Shown here one piece after another: positions 24,434 to 34,922 of a stretch of DNA of 64,000 nt; the first letter of the stretch is position 1; each line of letters begins with the position of its first letter. Source of the DNA: Cyanophora paradoxa CCMP329. Taxonomy: Eukaryota; Plantae; Glaucophyta. The stretch spans positions 1 through 64,000 of the forward strand of contig QPMI01000399.1 in assembly GCA_004431415.1 (NCBI GenBank). The letters run 5' to 3'. A model generated the notes under the pieces. The model did no database searches and had not been told where the DNA came from. It was given only the letters and a program-made list of their open reading frames with translations. The position numbers and the translations under genes were made by a program.

Positions 24434-25695
24434 TTTTTTTTTTGGTGATCCCTCGTATATTCGGTAGACTGAAGGTACAGACTCCTACTTCCCTGCAGGG
24501 CCGAAATACACTAGCTTGCCAAAGGCATACGCCGCCCAGGCATCTATACTATGATAGGCGCCGCGGACAGCGGGTGGGAAGGGCGTAAGGGGGCCTGGGA
24601 ACCGGAACCTACGAAGGGCCCGGGTGAAACCCAGGGAAGTGCACGGCATTTCCAGCTGCAGAGAGCCGGCGAGCCATGTTCCTCAGCCGAGATGCGCCGG
24701 TGCCGACAAGCAGACGGGGAGCGACGTGTTCACAGTCGTTCGCGCGAGTCGGGACGTATCTCGCCCAGAAGTGTTGACAACTCCCGGGGCGAGAGTGATT
24801 GGCCGAGTGCCTATCGGTCCAGTACTCACGTCGCGAACGCCAGGCCGAAGGGTGCTGGCGCGGACGGTGAAAGGGCTGACGTCAACGTTAAGGAAGATGT
24901 CAGCGACCCGAGGCCAGTCGTCGTTCCCCGTCAAAGGCGTCGTTCCCTGTGGGGTGATATCCATTAACAAACCGATGATCCGCAGGAAGAGCGTCTTCAT
25001 TTCCATTGTCACTCCGTACAGAGCGTCGAGCGTGATGTCCACCGGTGCATCGTCAGGTCGCAGAGTACTCGGGTACAGCGTGCACGTGCGCTGGCGTGAG
25101 GTTGGCGACGGCACGGGGCAGTTGCGGACGAACTCCATGTACGGCGGCGTTGCGCAGAGTCGGCAGTGCTCCTGAAGCTCGACGTCAGTCATTGTCATCG
25201 TGTCGCCCGTGGTCGAGTCGATGTACTCGTAGTACCGGTGCGCAATGCTGATCACTGATGCACGGAGCCGGTGGTTCACGGTGACGGGTGAGCCATCGGG
25301 GCCGATGCTGCACGTGTGGCACGGTGCAGGCATGTCGACTGGCGACAGAAAGAGAAGGATCTGCTGTCCCCCAACACTGACCATGATCTTCTCGACCGTG
25401 CGAGAAGCGAAGACGCGGTCTCCGCCCTCGTGCTCATACTTCCCCGCTGCCTGGTGGCGACGAGCGATGAGCGTGATCGAGTCTTCCGCAATGTCCATCA
25501 ACATCTCGCGCAACTTCCGGTTGCGGTTGATGGGGTCATTGTCGGCCCTGTCCTCCGACGCCTTGGGCCGCAGTACGGCGGGCGCGGGTGGCGTGGGCGT
25601 GGTCGGCGGGTCGGGCGGCTGCGGCGGAACGATCGGCGTCTTGTCCTCAGGGGCGAGGCCCTCCGTCGTCGCGACAGAGCTGGGTCCGGCGACGG
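24434..25695 (-). mobile_element. Poly(A)-ended segment with an unrecognised ORF of at least 337 codons (24683-25695), 5' cut by the TIR element
   Basis: T10 at 24434-24443; open frame with CHTC and CRLC..C motifs; the annotated MYRRCFI start is just TIR sequence. Confidence 0.45.
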
Positions 25696-26026
25696 GTATG
25701 AAGCATCTCCTGTACATTTTGTAGTTCGGTGTAGTTCACTGCGATCAAAGACAACGTGTTTTGCAACAAACACAGCGAACTACAGCCAAAAACAAAGGTT
25801 GCACCGCCAGCCTTGTAAATGCGATTCGATGTAATTCGATGTAATTCCCTGAAATCGCAAATTGCAAGACAGGTCGAATTAAACCTAAGTTTTATTATTA
25901 AGACTTAATTTCGATCATGCAAAACTTTTCGAAATAAAAAGCTCAGGCGGCTAGACTCGGCTTTTCGATATGCTAGCTAGGCGGCTAGCTCGAAAAGCCT
26001 ACCTTGGGGCACGACGCTAGCGCCAC

Positions 26027-26102
26027 CATCTCTCGACTTGACACAGATGGACACTGCAGTCATATCCCTAGCCATTTGTCTCGGTGTGTGCGAATTCATT
26101 TG
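26027..26102 (+). mobile_element. 76-bp extreme 3' stub of family A
   Basis: Identical to 40904-40979. Confidence 0.9.
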
Positions 26103-26343
26103 TCAGGACTGCACCTGTCATTTCAGTGACGCCAAACGGGGACGGCCGGCAGTCCCCGAGAACGCGCACCTCGACAAAGTGGTTTTCCTTGTTCTCGAAC
26201 AGTGGCCGAGACGAGTACAGAGCAGTCAGTGCGTCTGCCTCTGCGCACTGCTCCTCTGTCGGCTTCTCTCGGCGGGGCACGAGTTGTTTTCGAGGAGCTT
26301 TGCCGCCAGTGGTACCACGAGCCTTCTGCTTAACTCTCCCCAT
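26103..26343 (-). CDS. ORF starting with a histone H3 N-terminal tail mimic fused to a non-histone sequence; interrupted by the LINE stub
   Basis: [21 protein letters not shown] vs H3 [21 protein letters not shown]; no histone fold follows. Confidence 0.7.
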
Positions 26344-28423
26344 CGGTCAAATTCTGACGTGTAACCCCCCCAGCAGAGTAGGCAGCAAGGCGCCCGGACG
26401 GGTATCCCCAGGCCAGATATCGATCAGAGTGGAGCAGGAGCAAAATCGGCGGAGGCAAGCCGCCGCAGTTCCGCAGCTATCGGCACTCATCCGAAGATCG
26501 ATTGGTTTTGCAGAGCAGGGGTTACACTTGTCCCTCATCTTTCTCGTGGACGTTTTTCGTGGACCAAATCTCACGCTTTTTGTAGCCAAGTACCACCAGC
26601 ACACGCCCGCCACACGGCGGCAAAAAGCCGATTCGAACGTGTCTTCCTCAGAGCCTTTTTAGCGCGGGCAAGGCAAGGGTCAGAGCCACCAGGCTCGCCC
26701 CCGAGAAGAGCCCCGTGCGCACTCTCCCATGCATACTGCGGCCGTGATCAGAGGAGGCGCTCTCTTGAAAATCGACGCTCATGCCTGGGCCTGCTGCTGT
26801 CGACGTTGCAGAGGCTCTTTCGTGGAGACCTGCCATTTCGGGCTGAACGACCTGCTCTCTGATCTCTCTCTGATCATGAGCGCGGCTCCGCGGCCGCACA
26901 CCTAGACCTGCGACGAGCAAGGCGCCCTTCTGGCCTGCTTCTGGGCGCAAGGCAAAAGCTTGACACCTCGCGTCGACATCGACTAGCTAGGCTAGCCGGC
27001 CAAGTCGCTCGCCCTCGAGTCGACTAGCCAAGTCGCCGACCAGCCGGTCGCTAATTTAGCCAAGTAAAATATAATTTCGAAATAATGTGTTTCCCCCCCG
27101 AGTTTTAGCACTTTCTGTAATTCGATGTAATTCAATGATTCGCTGTAATTCGCTGTAGTTCGTTGTCATTCGCTGTCAACGCGACGCCCTTTCAAAAGCA
27201 GCGAACTACCCCGAACCTGAACAGATTACAACTACAAAATCGGTTGTAGTTCAAACGCAGCGAACTACACCGAACTACAAAATGTACAGGAGATGCTTCA
27301 TACGATACATATATTAATTGGCATGGCAAAGTGAGCTGCCAGGCTGTTTTCGGATCGCGATCGGAAGTCAACGTATACGTACGTCATATATATATAGCTA
27401 TATATATAGCCTCCGGGCAACAATTCATGATCAAGCGCCCGCGGCCGGCGGCTGTACGCGTCGAAATCAAGCTCAAACGGTGCCGGCGTGAGCTTGCATC
27501 AGGACCGTTGGACTCTAGGATCACGGACATGCCGCAGCGCGCATCACGGCGTTGCGGCGTGATCTTGGAAGCCTTGGCCGATTGACCCCGGCCCGGCGGT
27601 AATTAATGCCTATGCACATGATCATACACAGCATTAATTATAGTAACGTGCGCATATCATAGTATATGATTTCGGTCCGACGGTCATATTAAGTAGTATG
27701 CTTGCAATTGCAATTGCCCGGAGTCTTTCGCCCACGCCGGCCCGGCGGCACGTGTGCACCCAATCCCTCATGATCATGATCAGGGCACGGCCGCGGGGCC
27801 TGGTACTGAGCCAATTGCCAACGATGCAAACACGCACGGCAACATTAATTGCACCCCCGTCCGACGAAAATGAACACGTACACTGCGCCGGCGCAATTGC
27901 GCAATTGCAATCCATCTGCGTCGATATCGATTCTACGTTATCGATACTATGATGTTGATATCGATACTCCGACCCCGATGAGCGAGATCGGCCGCGGAGC
28001 GGCAGATCTAGAGTGCCTGCCCTCCGAGGGCTCTAGATCTAGATCTCGCGATATCGATGCTATGATGAGCCCACATGGTGTCGAGTGCCCGTGGCGACGT
28101 CAACTTAGAACCTTGCAACAAAAACGATGGTATCGCTCACAATCATGAATTACGACGGGGGGAATACCGTGATCTCAACGAGCCCCCGTGCCCCCGTGGC
28201 CACTGTTGCCACGTGCATCAGATCGCCCGCGTTCACGTGCGGGGGTTAACGTTCGAACTTAAAATTTCGGAATTGAATGGGCGTTGCCGGATTCTGTTTA
28301 AGCTCCTAATGAAGCTGGCGCATGAACTCGAAAGATGCAGCTGGTGAACTCTCTCGCGAGTCGCAACAAGCTGCACGGCGGCATGCGCAGTCTTGAGCTC
28401 GCGATGTTGATGTGCGATCGCGA

Positions 28424-28499
28424 AGAAGAAGAAGAAGAGTATGTATAAGACACGCCCGAGCCGGTTGTGCGGTTTTGACGAAAGGCAAAGGACCCGAAG
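28424..28499 (-). mobile_element. 5'-truncated (TTC)n-tailed retroelement stub with 8-bp TSD
   Basis: GATCGCGA at 28416-28423 and 28500-28507; homologous to 63468-63546. Confidence 0.8.
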
Positions 28500-28830
28500 G
28501 ATCGCGAGCTCGAGGTTGGACTTTCTACGATACATCGAGCGTAAGCTTCAGCCGCGGTCAACGCGGCAGTCCCGGATTCCGATCTCGGAATATACATATC
28601 CATTGTCACATGATGAGCGACATCGATATATCGATCCGATGATCAGTGACTATTAAATTTAAGTTTTTTATTAAGATGGCTATAGCGACTGATCGTGAGC
28701 ACGCACAGGCTCGCCATACGCTTGCCATGATGCTGCCCCCCGATAGTTCCACAAGTACTATCGAGTGCTTCAGCTTAAAAGCTTCTTTTACTTGCTGAGC
28801 TGCTGCTGCTGCTTGAGGCCTGGCCTTGGT

Positions 28831-31800
28831 CTGGTTTGTGCACGGCGGGCGAAGCCCGCCGGCCCACCAACTATTTCCTGCCTCCGTCTCAAACCGCTGT
28901 ACTTACCAGCGGTCGCTGTACCCCGCCTTCGAATCACGTGAAGGCTGCGGCCGACCACGTGAGAGGCCTGGGCCAGATGCCCCTCAAATCGGGCACTAAC
29001 CCAGAGGGGTACAGCAATTGTAGACTCGCAGTAGCTCGTCAGAAAAAAGCACTTGATGTGGACCCCTGGGGAAGCATCCGCCGGTATCCTTGGCTTGAGA
29101 GAACTGATAAACCGTGATCCCAACACGGTGGAAGGTTCTCTCCGGTTTTGCGCCGCAAAACCGTGCTCCCCGCGACTGCCGAACACGATATATGCACGCA
29201 GCAATATAGTCGCGAATTAATAATAGAATAGAAACTAGCCTGCCGAGTGGCAGTAGCCGTCGTACGCGTGGCAGAATAGATCACGTCATAGAAGTAGGTA
29301 GAGAAACAATACTCTCGTGATCTATATATAATTCATGCAAGCTTTTCGGCGAAGAAAAAGCACGTGAGGCCAAGCATAAAACGTCGTATGCACGTAAGCG
29401 TTGACAAAGATTTGTGCAAGCCGTCAGTGCAAAACAGCCGACAAGCTCAGCTATCGGCGCGCGCCCGGAAATCGTAACCGCGGCCGCGGCCGGCGCTCGG
29501 CTGCGATCGTGATCGTGCACGAGAAAACAAAATATTAATTATGAACGCGAGACGTACCCGTCCGACACGCCGCCACGGGTACTGCCTGCCATTGATTGCA
29601 TCACTGACGCAAGGCGCTCCTGAGAGCGCCAGTCCGTCTGAGGCGCGCCGCCCGCCCCGCTCGCGGGCGGTGCGCCTTGTTCTTCAATCTTTTACTACGA
29701 TCTGTGCGAGGAATCGCCTCGCGCACCCACCCTCCCACACCTCGTCGTATACAGTGATCGAAGTATACGTTCACGTGTACTGCAGCTGGCAGACTCGAGC
29801 TCTGCAGCGGATCGTGAGACAGATCTGCCATGTCAGGGTCAAATTACAAGTCGCGCTGTCGGCGCTGGACTTGCAATTGCAATTAACTTGCAATAGTTAA
29901 CGTTTCGAGAACCGGGGCCCATTCATGGCTATATATATTTAACCAGGCTCATGCATATGCCCAGTCGAGCTCGGAGCCCTCAGGGGCCTAAGCCGGGCCA
30001 TAAGAGATTCGCAGTCGAGCTGGAGCCTTCAGCCTTTCGCTGCATGCGCAGAACGCCTATAATTAAAGTAAAAAATCGGCATGGAGACCGGAACCCGGAG
30101 TCTCCAATCTGTAGTGCCATGGCCACCGACTAGCTCTAGGCCTAGGGCGCAAACTGGATACACGCACACGCGATGTCGACGTCCAGCCCTCGCGATTGAG
30201 CTCCCCGCCATTGAACATGGCCGTCGGAGTAATTCTCTGCATCCGGATCCGGATCTTTAATTATAAGCTTATATAATTCATGAGCTGGATCGGGTGGATT
30301 AATCGCACGAGTCCTTCGCAATTGTAAGCCGTGAGCTGCGAATTCGAAGCAAGCCACAGGCTGCCGAATGCATATGGCCACGGAAGACTCGCGACCGGAG
30401 AAGAGCTAGAGAAAAAAATCGAAATCGCGATCGGGCTGATACATTTGACATGGCTTGCGGGCCGCGGGCATCAACCCCGCGATTGCGATCGACGCGATTG
30501 AAATCGCTAGTATTGCATCGATTGATGCCCAAAGCGATCGCACCGCAAGCCCGAGAGGGATAATAAGGAATAGTGGCAATTACCGGATCTAGATCTGCGG
30601 CTAAAAGCCTGCAGCTGGCGGCGGAGACGCCCGGCCCAGATCCGAATTTCATATAACGCCGACCTCAGGCCTTGTAATTAATATTGCACATGGAGAATAG
30701 CAGGCTCTTACGTAATTAAGAGATCGAGAATTCGAAAGCGTTAAGCTCGTCGAATGACCGACAAAGCTCGATCCACACTGCTTTCCTGTGCTGTACTCCA
30801 TTGAAGAGGCGAGGACAGTCCGTGAGTGGTGTGGTTTGTGCACGCGTACGGCGGGCGAAGCCCGCCGGCCCACCAACTATTTCCTGCCTCCGTCTCAAAC
30901 CGCTGTACTTACCAGCGGTCGCTGTACCCCGCCTCCGAATCACGTGAAGGCTGCGGCCGACCACGTGAGAGGCCTGGGCCAGATGCCCCTCAAATCGGGC
31001 ACTAACCCAGAGGGGTACAGCAATTGTAGACTCGCAGTAGCTCGTCAGAAAAAAGCACTTGATGTGGACCCCTGGGGAAGCATCCGCCGGTATCCTCGGC
31101 TTGAGAGAACTGATAAACCGTGATCCCAACACGGTGGAAGGTTCTCTCCGGTTTTGCGCCGCAAAACCGTGCTCCCCGCGACTGCCGAACACGATATATG
31201 CACGCAGCAATATAGTCGCGAATTAATAATAGAATAGAAACTAGCCTGCCGAGTGGCAGTAGCCGTCGTACGCGTGGCAGAATAGATCACGTCATAGAAG
31301 TAGGTAGAGAAACAATACTCTCGTGATCTATATATCTATATATAATTCATGCAAGCTTTTCGGCGAAGAAAAAGCACGTGAGGCCAAGCATAAAACGTCG
31401 TATGCACGTAAGCGTTGACAAAGATTTGTGCAAGCCGTCAGTGCAAAACAGCCGACAAGCTCAGCTATCGGCGCGCGCCCGGAAATCGTAACCGCGGCCG
31501 CGGCCGGCGCTCGGCTGCGATCGTGATCGCGCACTAGAAAACAAAATATTAATTATGAACGCGAGACGTACCCGTCCGACACGCCGCCACGGGTACTGCC
31601 TGCCATTGATTGCATCACTGACGCAAGGCGCTCCTGAGAGCGCCAGTCCGTCTGAGGCGCGCCGCCCGCCCCGCTCACGGGCGGTGCGCCTTGTTCTTCA
31701 ATCTTTTACTACGATCTGTGCGAGGAATCGCCTCGCGCACCCACCCTCCCACACCTCGTCGTATACAGTGATCGAAGTATACGTTCACGTGTACTGCAGC

Positions 31801-33399
31801 TGGCAGACTCGAGCTCTGCAGCGGATCGTGAGACAGATCTGCCATGTCAGGGTCAAATTACAAGTCGCGCTGTCGGCGCTGGACTTGCAATTGCAATTAA
31901 CTTGCAATAGTTAACGTTTCGAGAACCGGGGCCCATTCATGGCTATATATATTTAACCAGGCTCATGCATATGCCCAGTTGAGCTCGGAGCCCTCAGGGG
32001 CCTAAGCCGGGCCATAAGAGATTCGCAGTCGAGCTGGAGCCTTCAGCCTTTCGCTGCATGCGCAGAACGCCTATAATTAAAGTAAAAAATCGGCATGGAG
32101 ACCGGAACCCGGAGTCTCCAATCTGTAGTGCCATGGCCACCGACTAGCTCTAGGCCTAGGGCGCAAACTGGATACACGCACACGCGATGTCGACGTCCAG
32201 CCCTCGCGATTGAGCTCCCCGCCATTGAACATGGCCGTCGGAGTAATTCTCTGCATCCGGATCCGGATCTTTAATTATAAGCTTATATAATTCATGAGCT
32301 GGATCGGGTGGATTAATCGCACGAGTCCTTCGCAATTGTAAGCCGTGAGCTGCGAATTCGAAGCAAGCCACAGGCTGCCGAATGCATATGGCCACGGAAG
32401 ACTCGCGACCGGAGAAGAGCTAGAGAAAAAAATCGAAATCGCGATCGGGCTGATACATTTGACATGGCTTGCGGGCCGCGGGCATCAACCCCGCGATTGC
32501 GATCGACGCGATTGAAATCGCTAGTATTGCATCGATTGATGCCCAAAGCGATCGCACCGCAAGCCCGAGAGGGATAATAAGGAATAGTGGCAATTACCGG
32601 ATCTAGATCTGCGGCTAAAAGCCTGCAGCTGGCGGCGGAGACGCCCGGCCCAGATCCGAATTTCATATAACGCCGACCTCAGGCCTTGTAATTAATATTG
32701 CACATGGAGAATAGCAGGCTCTTACGTAATTAAGAGATCGAGAATTCGAAAGCGTTAAGCTCGTCGAATGACCGACAAAGCTCGATCCACACTGCTTTCC
32801 TGTGCTGTACTCCATTGAAGAGGCGAGGACAGTCCGTGAGTGGTGTGGTTTGTGCACACGTACGGCGGGCGAAGCCCGCCGGCCCACCAACTATTTCCTG
32901 CCTCCGTCTCAAACCGCTGTACTTACCAGCGGTCGCTGTACCCCGCCTCCGAATCACGTGAAGGCTGCGGCCGACCATGTGAGAGGCCTGGGCCAGATGC
33001 CCCTCAAATCGGGCACTAACCCAGAGGGGTACAGCAATTGTAGACTCGCAGTAGCTCGTCAGAAAAAAGCACTTGATGTGGACCCCTGGGGAAGCATCCG
33101 CCGGTATCCTCGGCTTGAGAGAACTGATAAACCGTGATCCCAACACGGTGGAAGGTTCTCTCCGGTTTTGCGCCGCAAAACCGTGCTCCCCGCGACTGCC
33201 GAACACGATATATGCACGCAGCAATATAGTCGCGAATTAATAATAGAATAGAAACTAGCCTGCCGAGTGGCAGTAGCCGTCGTACGCGTGGCAGAATAGA
33301 TCACGTCATAGAAGTAGGTAGAGAAACAATACTCTCGTGATCTATATATAATTCATGCGAGCTTTTCGGCGAAGAAAAAGCACGTGAGGCCAAGCATAA
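28831..33399. repeat. Tandem array of about 2.01-kb units (about 2.3 copies): module-spacer-module-spacer-module
   Basis: Matching ORFs offset by 2006 and 2014 bp (29039/31045/33059; 30029/32043). Confidence 0.95.
30832..31330 (-). ncRNA. Highly structured segment of about 500 nt (probable retroelement 3' UTR); copies at about 28831-29325 and 32846-33345
   Basis: Many helices by eye: gctgtacccc/ggggtacagc, ctgggttag/ctggcccag, gagagaac/gttctctc, cggttttgc/gcaaaaccg, cgcgact/agtcgcg, accgctg/cagcggt, ggcggg/cccgcc; G.U pairs mostly favour the minus strand. Confidence 0.55.
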
Positions 33400-33720
33400 A
33401 TGGCGTGATTGTAAACGAATTGTTCCAGCCACCCATGGAGTAGTGCCCGAGCCTGCGGTTCGCGACTGAAGATGGCGGCGCCGAATTCGTTGTAGAATAT
33501 TAATGGATCGAATTCGAATGTGAGGTTGCCGTATTCGGCGTGACGGAATTGCTCATGTATGTTGGCGTATCGCTGTTCGAATTCCGTAATAGCATTGCGC
33601 ACGGCACTTGCGTTGACGTCATAGACGCTGGGACGATGCGGGAGTGCCGGGTCATTCGTGGCATCGAAGTCAGTGCCCCGGACTTGGGCGTTGAGCCTGA
33701 GCACGTTGATGACTCCATCC
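33342..33720 (-). pseudogene. C-terminal ORF fragment resembling the restriction-like endonuclease end of R2/CRE-type non-LTR elements
   Basis: EQRYANI...FEFDPLIFYNEFGA resembles the KxxKY...F.P..(E/T).G pattern; stop codon leads directly into the structured module; truncated at a poly-C tract. Confidence 0.4.
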
Positions 33721-34922
33721 GCCCCCCCCCCCCCCCCCCCCCCCCAACAATATTATTTGTATTAAATTAATCTCCTCTAGCCGCGTTACCAGTCCAACTC
33801 CTCCCCTAATTAATTATATATTCCCTCTCCTCATTACATTGCTCTCTGGCCAACCAGGTCTCCCTAGAGCTGGTTATAGTGGGCCAGCCCATGGCCAAGC
33901 CGGCGAAACCCGGACAGCTGGGCGGGGCTGCAGCAGGCCGCCTACTGTACGCATGTGACAGCCGCGAGGGCGTCCACGAGGCTTCGCCGTACTTAGTGCT
34001 CCGCAGGAGCACGGATCTTGTTTATAATTAGTTATTAGTAGATTATTAATTACTTCCTCATAGAAGCGCGAAACCACGCGTTGAAGGAGCGCTGCCGCAC
34101 GTTTCTGGTGCTAAACACTCTCTTATAAGCTGCTTTAGCATTGCGAGTGCCCTCTATACCGGTATCTGTTTGGGGTCGAACACAGCTCGTTTTTTTTCTA
34201 AATCGACTCGACATGCCCGTTCTATGGGCAAGGGTAGCCGGCGATCGCGATAACTTTTCACCCGTCGCAGCACGGCTAGTCTCCTCGCAGCATGTTGTAG
34301 CCGGCAAGCTAGCGGGTAGAATGGTGCTAGCCCGGTCCCAGCCAGTCCCAGCCAGATTTCACTTTGACCGGATTTCAGCCGTGTTGGGTCGACCCGTAAA
34401 AAAACCGAGCTGTGAATAAAAGGGTTAAAGTGCGACCAAGGGGGTACTGGATGGTCTGGAGCTGCCGTCTGATCAGCTTATGAGCATTATATCAAGCTGC
34501 AGAAGTGCCCAGAAGGTCTCTAGACGTGTATAGAACTGCTTTATAGCGCTCTAGCATGCACAGATTCGTCATAGAGTGCATGCAAGAAATGGTGTGTCTG
34601 TGGGTACCCCCCTAAACTAATAAACGTTCCTAATAAGAGTGGCTGTTCTGGGACCTTATTAATAACGTATTATTAATTAGTTATTAATTAGCTAATAAAA
34701 AAGGTTATGAATAAAGTTCCCATCACTGGATAACTACCGAATCGACCTTCATCCGGTTTTCGGCCTGAGGGTAAACTAAGTTGAGGTGAAGCGAAGATTG
34801 CAAGCTTGTGGCCGGTTCAAGGGCGCGCGGCTCAGGCATCAGGGTACGGGATTCAGAAGCTTCCAGTTTGGCACCGGCCAGCTGCAGCTTTTGCGAATTC
34901 GAAGCAGCGTCGCAGCGAAGCC

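Larger units (their letters stand above)
25696..27303. mobile_element. 1.6-kb TIR element (42-bp perfect TIR, aactacag/tgtaattcg subterminal repeats), superfamily unassigned
   Basis: gtatgaagcatctcctgtacattttgtagttcggtgtagttc at 25696, reverse complement ending at 27303; no clear long TSD. Confidence 0.75.

Noticed and set aside
26068-26343. Genuine histone H3 or CENH3 gene
   Set aside because: Similarity stops at residue 21; no histone fold in the ORF
31000-31012. CTAACCC as a telomerase RNA template
   Set aside because: Only 7 nt with no extended repeat, and on the strand less favoured by G.U pairing
31040-31048. CTGACGAG on the minus strand as a hammerhead ribozyme core
   Set aside because: No stem II followed by GAAA and no matching stems I/III found
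31095-31220. Group I intron core (gcgact / atatagtcg resembling P7)
   Set aside because: Conserved P4, J6/7 and G-binding bulge are not matched; a simple hairpin explains it
33342-33720. Fanzor/TnpB with omega RNA
   Set aside because: ORF end lacks the CxxC..CxxC zinc finger and RuvC-III DxNAA motif
34420-34430. piggyBac end (AGGG-TTAA)
   Set aside because: No matching left end found
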